This document shows, piece by piece, positions 13,379 to 25,669 of a stretch of 64,000 nt of DNA. The first letter of the stretch is position 1. The number at the start of each line of letters is the position of its first letter. The notes below the pieces were generated by a model. The model was not told where the DNA came from. It saw only the letters and a program-made list of their open reading frames with translations, and did no database searches. The translations under genes and the position numbers were made by a program. Source of the DNA: Pristiophorus japonicus (Eukaryota); assembly GCF_044704955.1 (NCBI RefSeq), contig NC_091979.1, forward strand, positions 232,128,001 through 232,192,000, written 5' to 3'.

Positions 13379-13560
13379 TGGGACCATGTGAAGGCAAGAG
13401 AAGGGTGGAAATTGGAAGCAAAGTTGACAACATTTTTCAGTTCGGGGCAACAGCAGGAAACGGGACTGATACAGTCATCAATGTACCGGAAACAGAGGTG
13501 AGGGAGGGGACCCGAGTAGGACTGGAACAAAGAACGTTTTACATATCCCTTGAAAAGGCA
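13378..13560 (-). mobile_element. Penelope-like retroelement RT fragment
   Basis: ...LCFRYIDDCI...NFASNFHPSLAFTWS, the PLE-type RT motif C context. Confidence 0.7.
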
Positions 13561-14002
13561 AACAAGAGAAAGCCCAGCCACCTCCCTTTGACTTTCAAGG
13601 GCACCATATTCAGCGAGCTCCCCCGTACCTCAGTCTAACATTCTGGGGGGTCACCAATGACCAGAAGCTGAACGGGACCAGCTACATCAACACTCTGTGA
13701 CATGTGTCTCCCCTCCTGACCCCCTCAAAGCCACTCCACATCTACAAAGCCCAAGTCAGGAGTGTGCTGGAATACTCGGTGCTTGCCAGGCCCGGTGAGT
13801 CCGATCTACAGGATCCACTGCGGCAACTCGCCAAGGTTACTTCAAAATGTAGCCTTGCGCATGACAGCAACAGCCCAAGAACAAATTTTAAAAGTGTTTG
13901 CATAAAATGTCTGTGGAGTTCAGAAAGAAATATTAAACAGACCCATTAACCAGCACGCTGCCAGAGGAAATTATAGCCTACAGTGAACAATCTGATCCTC
14001 AC

Positions 14003-14083
14003 CCGTGAGTTGATCGTTGGAGACTTCATATTCTTCCACCAGTTCTCTGCCATCAGGAAACAAATAATGCACTTTCCTCTTAC
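14003..14083 (-). CDS. DPCD: DPCD exon 2
   Basis: ccccag|(G)KRKVHYLFPDGRELVEEYEVSNDQLT|gtgagg; 81 nt. Confidence 0.96.
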
Positions 14084-14304
14084 CTGGGGGGGAGGGGGGA
14101 GGAAACAAATGTTAAGAGCTGAGAGGAGTCAGCATTACAATCAGCACAAGAGACACAGACAGCGGAACAATTCACACATATCTTGCAGTGAATCCTCAGA
14201 TTAACTCTTTTAAACTTATTGGTTCCCAAAGATCTGCCCCTTAGTCGCAACCAATTTCCCTAAGCACCATAAATATTGCCTTTCCCTGCACCACCAATGT
14301 TTTA

Positions 14305-15190
14305 TCTCATAGAATCATAGGATGGTTACAGCACAGGAGGAGGCCATTCGGCCAGTCGAGCCCGTGCCAGCTCTCTGCAAGAGCACTTCAGCTAGTCCCA
14401 CTCCCCCGTCCTTGTCCCCGCAGCCCTGCAAATTTGTTTCCTTCAGGTACTTATCCAATTCCCTTTTGAAAGCCACGACTGAATCTGCTTCCACCACCCT
14501 TTCAGGCAGTGCATTCCAGATCCTAACCACTCGCTGCGCAAAAAAAGATTTGTCATGTCACCATTGGTTCTTCTGCCAATGGGCACAGTTTCTCTCTATC
14601 TACTCAGTCCAGACCCCTCATGATTTTGAACACCCCTATCCTCTCAACCTTCTCTGCTCTAAGGAGAACCACCCCAGCTTCTCCAGTTTATTCACATAAC
14701 TGGTCTCTCATCCATGGAATCGATCTCATAAATCTTTTCTGCACCCTCTCTCTGAGGCCTTCACATCCTTCCTAAAGTGCAGTGCCCAGAATTGGTAACA
14801 AAACTCCAGTTGAAGCCAAACCAGTGTTTTATAACTTCTTTGCTTTTGTACTCTATGCCTCTATTTATGAAGCCCACGATCCTGTATGCTTTTTTTTAAA
14901 AACTGCTTTCTCAACCTGCCCTGCCACCTTCAACAATTTGTGCACATATACCCCCCAGGTGTCTTTGTTCATGCACCCCCTTTAGGATTGTACCCTTCAG
15001 TTTATATTGCCTCTCCGCGTTCTTCCTATCAAAATGCATCACTTCGCATTTTTGTGCGTTAAATTTCATCTGCCACTTGTCCGCCCATTTCACCAGCCTT
15101 TTGAAGTCCATCATTATCCTCATTGTTCACTATCTATCCAAGTTTTGGGTCATCTGCAAATTTTTAAATTGTGCCCTGTACACCCAAGTC
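14305..15190 (-). mobile_element. CR1 3' fragment
   Basis: WADKWQMKFNAQKCEVMHF...WNALPERVVEA on the minus strand. Confidence 0.85.
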
Positions 15191-15374
15191 ATGAATATAT
15201 ATCAAGAAAAGTTTCACTGGCCTGCTCAGAGTTTGCACAGTATCCCTTCCCCCGCACCCGTTCTCCCCTTCTCCAACAGCTTGGCTTCTCGCTCAGCTTC
15301 GCTCAAACCCGCTGCTCCATCTGTGTCCGCGCGGGGACACCAGGCCCTTCCAGTCTCCGGTGCCCTGTCCCTCC

Positions 15375-15885
15375 CCGGGCCCGGCCTCTCCCCGCTCCCT
15401 TCTGTACGCCAACCCAGCCTCTCCCCGCCCCGGCCTCTCCCCGCTCCCCCCCTGGCCCCGGCCTCTCCCGCCGCCTCCCCGCCTGGCCCCGGCCTCTCCC
15501 CGCTCCCTCCCTGGCCCCGGCCTCTCCCCGCTCCCCCCCCCCTGGCCCCGGCCTCTCCCCGCTCCCCCCCCCCTGGCCCCGGCCTCTCCCCGCTCCCCCC
15601 CCCCTGGCCCCGGCCTCTCCCCGCTCCCCCCCCCTGGCCCCGGCCACTCCCCGCTCCGCCCTGGCCCCGGCCTCTCCCCGCTGCCCCCCCCTGGCCCCGG
15701 CCTCTCCCCGCTGCCCCCCCCTGGCCCCGGCCTCTCCCCGCTCCCCCCCCCCTGGCCCCGGCCTCTCCCCGCTCCCCCCCCCTGGCCCCGGCCTCTCCCC
15801 GCTCCCCCCCCCTGGCCCCGGCCTCTCCCCGCTCCCCCCCCTGGCCCCGGCCTCTCCCCGCTCCCCTCTGTCCCCGGCCTCTCTC
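15375..15885. repeat. ~30-31-bp minisatellite (cctggccccggcctctccccgctccccccc)n, ~16 copies, DPCD intron 1
   Basis: Direct tandem units; G-rich on the DPCD sense strand. Confidence 0.95.
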
Positions 15886-15887
15886 AC

Positions 15888-15951
15888 CCTCCTGCACCGC
15901 CGCGGTTTTTTTCGCCTGCTGCAAACTTTCCAACCAACCGCGCGCCGCCAT
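15888..15951 (-). CDS. DPCD: DPCD exon 1 (coding part)
   Basis: ATG MAARGWLESLQQAKKTAAVQE(G)|gtgaga, cf. human [22 protein letters not shown]. The six exons sum to 612 nt = 203 aa. Confidence 0.96.
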
Positions 15952-16190
15952 CTTGTTGTAGTTACCGCGCTCTCCATGGCAACCGCGGCCCCGCCCATTG
16001 CCCTGTGACCCCCCCGGCGGCTCGCCCCCTCAGGCTGACCCTTGTGGCCCCGCCCATTGCTCTGTGACCCGCGGCCCCGGTTCGCGCTCGGATCCTCAGC
16101 GACCAACCGGCTCGGGCACATTTCCCAGGTTTTTAACATTTAACAAACCGGAAATGCCCGGCTCTATTTGGGACCCATTTGCGGTGAGGT
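15945..16190. promoter_or_regulatory. Bidirectional DPCD/POLL CpG-rich promoter
   Basis: YY1-like CCGCCATCTT over the DPCD ATG; RFX X-box CTCTCCATGGCAAC 15970-15983; duplicated 25-bp GC-box module at 15987-16011 and 16046-16070; ETS CCGGAAAT 16148-16155. Confidence 0.8.
16100..16188 (+). other. POLL: Putative non-coding exon 1 of POLL (start uncertain)
   Basis: Tandem donors GCG|GTGAG (16184) and GAG|GTGAG (16189) just before the satellite; human POLL has a 5' non-coding exon opposite DPCD. Confidence 0.55.
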
Positions 16191-16209
16191 GAGAAAATCC
16201 CCAAATCTC

Positions 16210-19200
16210 CCATCCCCCGGCCCACACACTGCTCGATCCCCGGGCCCACACACCCCGGGCCATGGTCGATGCCCGGGCCCACACACCCCGGGCCATGGTC
16301 TATCCCCGGGCCCACACACCCCGGGCCATGGTCTATCCCCGGGCTCATACACCCCGGGCCATGGTCTATCCCCAGGCCCACACATCCCGGGCCATGGTCT
16401 ATCCCCAGGCCCACACACCCCGGGCCATGGTCTGTCCCCAGGCCCACACACCCCGGGCCATGGTCTATCCCCGGGCCCACACACCCCGGGCCATGGTCTA
16501 TCCCCGGGCTCACACACCCCGGGCCATGGTCACACCCCGGGCCATGGTCTATCCGCAGGCCCACACACCCCGGGCCATGGTCTATCCCCGGGCCCACACA
16601 CCCCGGGCCATGGTCTATCCCCGGGCCCACACACACCGGGCCATGGTCCATCGCTGGGGCCCACACACCCCGGGCCATGGTCCATCCCTGGGGCCCACAC
16701 ACCCCAGGCCATGGTCTATCCCCGGGCCCACACACCCCGGGCCATGGTCTATCCCCAGGCCCACACACCCCGGGCCATGGTCTATCCCCCGGCCCACACA
16801 CCCCGGGCCATGGTCTATCCCCTGGCCCACACACCCCGGGCCATGGTCTATCCCCGGGCCCACACACCCCGGGCCATGGTCTATCCCCAGGCCCACACAC
16901 CCCGGGCCATGGTCTATCCCCGGGCCCACACACCCCGGGCCATGGTCTATCCCCAGGCCCACACACCCCGGGCCATGGTCTATCCCCTGGCCCACACACC
17001 CCGGGCCATGGTCTATCCCCGGGCCCACACACCCCGGGCCATGGTCTATCCCCGGGCCATGGTCTATCCCCGGGCCCACACACCCCGGGCCATGGTCTAT
17101 CCCCGGGCCCACACACTGCTCGATCCCCGGGCCCACACACCCCGGGCCATGGTCTATCCCCGGGCCCACACACTGCTCGATCCCCGGGCCCACACACCCC
17201 GGGCCATGGTCTATCCCCGGACCCACACACCCCGGGCCATGGTCTATCCCCGGGCCCACACACCCCGGGCCATGGTCTATCCCCGGGCTCATACACCCCG
17301 GGCCATGGTCACACCCCGGGCCATGGTCTATCCCCAGGCCCACACATCCCGGGCCATGGTCTATCCCCAGGCCCACACACCCCGGGCCATGGTCTATCCC
17401 CGGGCCCACACACCCCGGGCCATGGTCTATCCCCGGGCTCACACACCCCGGGCCATGGTCACACCCCGGGCCATGGTCTATCCGCAGGCCCACACGCCCC
17501 GGGCCATGGTCTATCCCCAGGCCCACACACCCCGTGCCATGGTCTATCCCCGGGCCCACACACGCCGGGCCATGGTCTATCCCCGGGCCCACACACACCG
17601 GGCCATGGTCCATCGCTGGGGCCCACACACCCCGGGCCATAGTCCATCCCTGGGGCCCACACACCCCAGGCCATGGTCTATCCCCGACCCACACACCCCG
17701 GGCCACGGTCTATCCCCAGGCCCACACACCCCGGACCATGGTCCATCGCTGGGGCCCACACACCCCGGGCCATGGTCCATCCCCAGGCCCACACACCCCG
17801 GGCCATGGTCTATCCCCAGGCCCACACACCCCGGGCCATGGTCTATCTCCGGGCCCACACACACCGGGCCATGGTCCATCGCTGGGGCCCACACACCCCG
17901 GGCCATAGTCCATCCCTGGGGCCCACACACCCCAGGCCATGGTCTATCCCCGACCCACACACCCCGGGCCATGGTCTATCCCCAGGCCCACACACCCCGG
18001 ACCATGGTCCATCGCTGGGGCCCACACACCCCGGGCCATGGTCCATCCCCAGGCCCACACACCCCGGGCCATGGTCTATTCCCAGGCCCACACACCCCGG
18101 GCCATGGTCTATCCCCGGGCCCACACACCCCGGGCCATGGTCTATCCCCGGGCTCACACACCCCGGGCCATGGTCACACCCCGGGCCATGGTCTATCCGC
18201 AGGCCCACACACCCCGGGCCATGGTCTATCCCCGGGCCCACACACCCCGGGCCATGGTCTATCCCCGGGCCCACACACACCGGGCCATGGTCCATCGCTG
18301 GGGCCCACACACCCCGGGCCATGGTCCATCCCTGGGGCCCACACACCCCAGGCCATGGTCTATCCCCGGGCCCACACACCCCGGGCCATGGTCTATCCCC
18401 AGGCCCACACACCCCGGGCCATGGTCTATCTCCCGGCCCACACACCCCGGGCCATGGTCTATCCCCTGGCCCACACACCCCGGGCCATGGTCTATCCCCG
18501 GGCCCACACACCCCGGGCCATGGTCTATCCCCAGGCCCACACACCCCGGGCCATGGTCTATCCCCGGGCCCACACACCCCGGGCCATGGTCTATCCCCCG
18601 GCCCACACACCCCGGGCCATGGTCTATCCCCAGGCCCACACACCCCGGGCCATGGTCTATCCCCTGGCCCACACACCCCGGGCCATGGTCTATCCCCGGG
18701 CCCACACACCCCGGGCCATGGTCTATCCCCGGGCCATGGTCTATCCCCGGGCCCACACACCCCGGGCCATGGTCTATCCCCGGGCCCACACACTGCTCGA
18801 TCCCCGGGCCCACACACCCCGGGCCATGGTCTATCCCCGGGCCCACACACTGCTCGATCCCCGGGCCCACACACCCCGGGCCATGGTCTATCCCCGGGCT
18901 CATACACCCCGGGCCATGGTCACACCCCGGGCCATGGTCTATCCCCAGGCCCACACATCCCGGGCCATGGTCTATCCCCAGGCCCACACACCCCGGGCCA
19001 TGGTCTATCCCCGGGCCCACACACCCCGGGCCATGGTCTATCCCCGGGCTCACACACCCCGGGCCATGGTCACACCCCGGGCCATGGTCTATCCGCAGGC
19101 CCACACGCCCCGGGCCATGGTCTATCCCCAGGCCCACACACCCCGTGCCATGGTCTATCCCCGGGCCCACACACGCCGGGCCATGGTCTATCCCCGGGCC

Positions 19201-22170
19201 CACACACACCGGGCCATGGTCCATCGCTGGGGCCCACACACCCCGGGCCATAGTCCATCCCTGGGGCCCACACACCCCAGGCCATGGTCTATCCCCGACC
19301 CACACACCCCGGGCCATGGTCTATCCCCAGGCCCACACACCCCGGACCATGGTCCATCGCTGGGGCCCACACACCCCGGGCCATGGTCCATCCCCAGGCC
19401 CACACACCCCGGGCCATGGTCTATCCCCAGGCCCACACACCCCGGGCCATGGTCTATCTCCGGGCCCACACACACCGGGCCATGGTCCATCGCTGGGGCC
19501 CACACACCCCGGGCCATAGTCCATCCCTGGGGCCCACACACCCCAGGCCATGGTCTATCCCCGACCCACACACCCCGGGCCATGGTCTATCCCCAGGCCC
19601 ACACACCCCGGACCATGGTCCATCGCTGGGGCCCACACACCCCGGGCCATGGTCCATCCCCAGGCCCACACACCCCGGGCCATGGTCTATTCCCAGGCCC
19701 ACACACCCCGGGCCATGGTCTATCCCCGGGCCCACACACAACGGGCCATGGTCCATCCCTGGGGCCCACACGCCCCGGGCCATGGTCTATCCCCAGGCCC
19801 ACACACCCCGGGGCATGGTCTATCTCCGGGCCCACACACCCCGGGCCATGGTCCATCCCTGGGGCCCACACACCCCGGGCCATGGTCCATCCCTGGGGCC
19901 CACACACCCCAGGCCATGGTCTATCCCCGACCCACACACCCCGGGCCATGGTCTATCCCCAGGCCCACACACCCCGGGCCATGGTCCATCGCTGGGGCCC
20001 ACACACCCCGGGCCATGGTCTATCCCCAGGCCCACACACCCCGGGCCATGGTCTATCCCCAGGCCCACACACCCCGGGCCATGGTCTATCCCCGGGCCCA
20101 CACACCCCGGGCCATGGTCCATCCCTGGGGCCCACACACCCTGGGCCATGGTCTATCCCCAGGCCCACACACCCCGGGGCATGGTCTATCTCCGGGCCCA
20201 CACACCCCGGGCCATGGTCCATCCCCAGGCCCACACACCCCGGGCCATGGTCTATCCCCAGGCCCACACACCCCGGGCCATGGTCTATCCCCGGGCCCAC
20301 ACACCCCGGGCCATGGTCCATCCCTGGGGCCCACACACCCTGGGCCATGGTCTATCCCCAGGCCCACACACCCCGGGGCATGGTCTATCTCCGGGCCCAC
20401 ACACCCCGGGCCATGGTCCATCCCTGGGGCCACACACCCCGGGCCATGGTCCATCCCTGGGGCCCACACACCTCAGGCCATGGTCTATCCCCGGGCCCAC
20501 ACACCCCAGGCCATGGTCTATCCCCGCGCCCACACACCCCAGGCCATGGTCCATCCCTGGGCCCACACACCCCGGGCCATGGTCCATCCCCGAGCCCACA
20601 CACCCCGGGCCATGGTCCATCCCCGGGCCCACACACCCCGGGCCATGGTCCATCCCCGGGCCCATACACCCCGGGCCATGGTCCATCGCTGGGGCCCACA
20701 CACCCCGGGCCATGGTCTATCCCCAGGCCCACAAACCCCGGGCCATGGTCCATCGCTTGGGCCCACACACCCCGGGCCATGGTCTATCCCCAGGCCCACA
20801 CACCCCGGGCCATGGTCTATCCCCGGGCCCACACACCCCGGGCCATGGTCCATCGCTGGGGCCCACACACCCCGGGCCATGGTCCATCGCTGGGGCCCAC
20901 ACACCCCGGGCCATGGTCGATCCCTAGGCCCACACACCCCGGGCCATGGTCCATTGCTGGGGCCCACACACCCCGGGCCATGGTCTATCCCCGGGCCCAC
21001 ACACCCTGGGCCATGGTCCATCGCTGGGGCCCACACACCCAGGGCCATGGTCTATCCCCGGGCCCACACACCCCGGGCCATGGTCCATCGCTGGGGCCCA
21101 CACACCCCGGGCCATGGTCCATCGCTGGGGCCCACACACCCCGGGCCATGGTCCATTGCTGGGGCCCACACACCCCGGGCCATGGTCTATCCCCAGGCCC
21201 ACACACCCCGGGCCATGGTCCATCGCTGGGGCCCACACACCCCGGGCCATGGTCCATCGCTGGGGCCCACACACCCCGGGCCATGGTCCATCGCTGGGGC
21301 CCACACACCCCGGGCCATGGTCTATCCCCAGGCCCACCCACCCCGGGCCATGGTCCATCGCTGGGGCCCACACACCCCAGGCCATGGTCTATCCCCGGGC
21401 CCACACACCTCGTGCCATGGTCCATCCCCGGGCCCACACACCCCGGGCCATGGTCCATCCCCGGGCCCACACACCCCGGACCATGGTCCATCGCTGGGGC
21501 CCACACACCCCGGGCCATGGTCCATCCCCGGGCCCACACACCCCGGGCCATGGTCCATCCCTGGGCCCACACACCCCGGGCCATGGTCCATCCCTGGGGC
21601 CCACACACCCCGGGCCATGGTCCATCCCTGGGGCCCACACACCCCGGGCCATGGTCCATCGCTGGGGCCCACACACCCCAGGCCATGGTCTATCCCCGGG
21701 CCCACACACCCCGGGCCATGGTCCATCCCCGGGCCCACACACCCCGGGCCATGGTCCATCCCCGGGCCCACACACCCCGGGCCATGGTCCATCGCTGGGG
21801 CCCACACACCCCTGGCCATGGTCCATCCCCGGGCCCACACACCCCGGGCCATGGTCCATCCCTGGGCCCACACACCCCGGGCCATGGTCCATCCCTGGGG
21901 CCCACACACCCCGGGCCATGGTCCATCCCTGGGGCCCACACACCCCGGGCCATGGTCCATCGCTGGGGCCCACACACCCCGGGCCATGGTCCATCCCCGG
22001 GCCCACACACCCCGGGCCATGGTCCATCCCCGGGCCCACACACCCCGGGCCATGGTCCATCGCTGGGGCCCACACACCCCGGGCCATGGTCCATCTCCGG
22101 GCCCACACACCCCGGGTTGTGGTCCGTCCCTGGTGCCCACACACCCCGGGCTGTGGTCCATCCCTGGGCC
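16210..22170. repeat. ~6-kb 33/34-bp minisatellite (cccgggcccacacaccccgggccatggtctatc)n with higher-order structure
   Basis: ~180 units; variant blocks recur at offsets of 1611-1677 bp and 266 bp. Confidence 0.97.
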
Positions 22171-22479
22171 TCGGATCATGGTGCAACCCAGGCCTGAGTT
22201 TCTGCCCAGGGACCGGGGATTCACCATATGAAGGGAATATTAATTGGACTCTGGGGGAATCGAGGTACATGGGAACAGTGCAGGAAAGTGGAGTTGAGTT
22301 GAAGATCAGCCATGATCTCATTTAATGGCGGAGCAGGCTCGAGGGGCCGAATGGCCTACTCCTAATTCTTGTCCTCACTGTGTTAGAACTGCGGGTCTCG
22401 TCCAATTAAGAGCTGATTTGGTTTTATTTCAGTTGTGGGGCTTCTTGCGCACAGGAGCTGGCAATTTCCCTGGTTCTTT

Positions 22480-22800
22480 TAATTAGTTTGTGAGATGTGG
22501 GCGTCGCTGTCGAGACCAGCATTTAGTGCCCATCCCCAGTCGCCCCTTGAGAAGGTGGTGGTGAGCACCGCCTTGAACCGCTGCAGTCCGTGTCGTGAAG
22601 GTGCTCCCACATCGCTGTTAGGGTGGGAGTTCCAGGATTTTGACCCAGTGACAATGAAGGAACAGCAATATATTTCCAATTCAGGATGGTGTGTGACTTG
22701 GAGGGGAACATGGAGGTGATGGTGTTCCCATGCGCCTGCTGCCCTTGTCCTTCTAGGTGGTAGAGGTTGTGGGTTTGGGAGGTGCTGCCGAAGAAGCTTT
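22480..22800 (-). mobile_element. LINE 3' end (HER1-like, CR1 group) sharing its tail with V-SINEs
   Basis: SFIVTGSKSWNS...HGLQRFK and tail caccaccaccttctcaaggg...aaatgctgg; also at 36105-36250. Confidence 0.65.
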
Positions 22801-23034
22801 GGATCCTTGATGGCCAAGTGCAGAAAGATTATAAATAGACTCCTGAAGATCTTTGGTCAGTTTCTCCACAATGTGTTTATGAATTTTGCACGTACTGACC
22901 AGAACATTCTCCCCGGAGTGGGAATCAATCTACTCGATTGATTTTCTCTTCCTTAGCTCGGTCATAGAAGTCCATTATGATGGTCCCAATGGCAGCCGAG
23001 CCGAGATCAGTTACTGCACACACTGGGGATTGAA

Positions 23035-23360
23035 ACTTGGTTTTAAAATTACCATCTTTGTTTTCAAATCCCTGCATGGCCTCGCCCACTCCCCATCTCT
23101 GTAACCTCCAGACCCACAATCCTCCAAGATCTCTGCACTCCTTCAATTCTGCATATCCCTGATTTCCGTCGATCCACCATTGGTGGCCATACCTTCAGCT
23201 GTCGAGGCCCAACACTTTGAAATTCCCTCCCTAAACCTCTCCGCCTCTCTCCTTTTAAGACGCTCATTAAAATCGACTTCTTTCACCTGTCCTAATGTCT
23301 CCTTATGTGCTTGATGTCAAATTCTGTTTGATTACACTCCTTAAATTAAAGGCGCTATAT
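23035..23360 (+). mobile_element. L2-like LINE 3' end
   Basis: FKITIFVFKSLHGLA...; tail taaaggcgctatataaat. Same family at 28185-28623, 31620-31960 and 33125-33645. Confidence 0.75.
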
Positions 23361-23639
23361 AAATCCATACATCAGAACTAGGAGCAGGAGTAGGCCATAC
23401 GGCCCCCCTAGCCTGCTCCGCCATTCAATACGATCATGGCTGATCCGATCATGGACTCAGCTCCACTTCCCCGCCCGCTCCCCATAACCCCTTAAATACA
23501 AGTTGTTGTTTGGTCTATAGCTGCGTTTCACACTGGACAGTGTGTTTGCCAGTGCTGCAGTTTCAAACTTTTCACATGTAGCAGTCCAACCCAGACAGTA
23601 AAGTCTCCTGTACTGCCATCAAGGTCCCAAATAAAAAGA

Positions 23640-24660
23640 AAGAACTTGCATTTCCGCAGTGCCTTTCACAACCTCAGGACGTCCCAAAGCGCTTTATAGC
23701 CATTGAAGTAACTTTGGACTGTGGTCACTGTTATAATGTAGGAAACGTGGCAGCCAATTTGCACACAACATGCTCCCACAAATACCAATGTGACAATGTG
23801 CAGATAATCTGTTTTAGTGATGTTGATTGAGGGCTAAATATTGGCCAGGACAACAGGGGGAACTCCGCTGTTCTTCTTCGGAATAGTGGCCGTGGGATCT
23901 TTTATGTCCACCTGAGAGGGAAGACGGGACCTCGGTTTAACGTCTCATCTGAAAGACGGCACCTCTGATAGTGCAATGCTCCCTCAGTACTGCCCCTCCG
24001 ACAGTGCAACATTCCCTCAGTACAACCCCTCTGACAGTGCAGCGCTCCCTCAGTACTGCCCCTCCGACAGTGCAGCACTCCCTCAGTACTGCCCCTCCGA
24101 CAGTGCAGCACTCCCTCAGTACTGCCCCTCCGACAGTGCAGCACTCCCTCAGTACTGCCCCTCTGACAGTGCAGCGCTCCCTCAGTACTGCCCCTCTGAC
24201 AGTGCAGCACTCCCTCAGTACTGCCCCTCCGACAGTGCAGCACTCCCTCAGTACTACCCCTCCGACAGTGCAACATTCCCTCAGTACTGCCCCTCCGACA
24301 GTGCAGCACTCCCTCAGTACTGCCCCTCCGACGTGCAGCGCTCCATCAGTACTGCCCCTCCGAACAGTGCAACATTCCCTCAGTACTGCCCCTCTGACAG
24401 TGCAGCGCTCCCTCAGTACTGCCCCTCTGACAGTGCAGCGCTCCCTCAGTACTGCCCCTCCGACAGTGCGGCACTCCCTCAGTACTGCCCCTCCGACAGT
24501 GCAGCACTCCCTCAGTACTGCCCCTCTGACAGTGCGGCACTCCCTCAGTACTAGCACTGGAGTGACAGCCTAGATTTTGTGCTCGTGTCTCTGGATTGGG
24601 GCTTGAACTCAACCTTCTGACGCGGAGGCAAGAGTGCTACCCACTGAGCCAGGGCTGTCA
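23640..24660 (-). mobile_element. Deu-type SINE with an internal 33-bp tandem amplification (23965-24555, ~18 copies)
   Basis: SINE body and head flank the array (cagtgcagcactccctcagtactgcccctccga)n. Confidence 0.85.
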
Positions 24661-24854
24661 CCGACAATAAATAAACACGTGAAAAAGGTTTCAGCAAAGT
24701 TCAGTCCAATTGCTAATGAGCCTGGAGCCGCAGCCCAAAGTGAGTGGGCACTAAAGCTGGCAACCTCACTCAGAGCGGTCACGGGAGGGCGGGGAGAGCC
24801 TGTTGTGAGAAATTATAAAAGTTATACTGGTGTTTTTTTTGAGGTTGGGGCCGA

Positions 24855-25415
24855 GTAGAGGCCTCACCTGGAATATTGTGTTCAGTTTTGGTCTCCTACT
24901 CTGAGGAAGGACGTTCTTGCTATTGAGGGAGTGCAGCGAAGGTTCACTAGACTGATTCCCGGGATGGCAGGACTGACATATGAGGAGAGACTGGATCAAC
25001 TGGGCCTTTATTCACTGGAGTTTAGAAGGATGAGAGGGGATCTCATAGAAATATACAAGATTCTGACGGGACTGGACAGGTTAGATGCGGGAAGAATGTT
25101 CCTGATGTTGGGGAAGTCCAGAACCAGGGGACACAGTCTTAGGATAAGGGGTAGGCCATTTAGGACCGAGATGAGGAGAAACTTCTTCACTCAGAGAGTT
25201 GTTAACCTGTGGAATTCCCTGCCGCAGAGCGTTGTTGATGCCAGTTCATTGGATATATTCAAGAGGGAGTTAGATATGGCCCTTACGGCTAAAGGGATCA
25301 AGGGGTATGGAGAGAAAGCAGGAAAGGGAATGATCAGCCATGATCTTATTGAATGGTGGTGCAGGCCCGAAGGGCCGAATGGCCTACTCCTGCACCTATT
25401 TTCTATGTTTCTGTG
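24855..25415 (+). mobile_element. CR1 3' fragment
   Basis: ORF 24931-25458 QRRFTRLIPGMAGLTYEERL...; nearly identical to the 3' end of the 2400-4825 copy. Confidence 0.92.
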
Positions 25416-25669
25416 TATGAAATCGAGCGACACCTCAGCTGAGAGTGCTTGGTGCTAACACTGTGTTAGTGTTGCATTCCCCAACACGAACATCGTTCCT
25501 ACTGAGCGTAAAAATCACCCACACAGGAGTCGCTCTGAACAGTCGCCACTCAATAGTGACCTGGTGAGTGAATCGGCCCAGGAAAATCAGCCGGGAATTT
25601 CTTTTCCCTATCCAGTGATACACCTGGAAAGAGCATGGTGTGTGAACATCTGACAACATCAGCTTAAAG

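Noticed and set aside
15007-16139. Pro-rich and RGG-like ORFs of 235-333 aa
   Set aside because: Read-through of the GC minisatellite. Only the first 21 codons of 15226-15951(-) are real (DPCD exon 1).
16168-22325. 2009-aa and other very long Pro/His/Gly-rich ORFs on both strands
   Set aside because: The repeat unit has no stop codon in most frames. The peptide switches register whenever unit length changes (33/34 bp), so no frame is being preserved. The region is intronic.
23902-24612. CRISPR-like or Cys-repeat protein appearance of the 33-bp array
   Set aside because: No unique spacers and no cas genes, eukaryotic context; the unit is part of a SINE.
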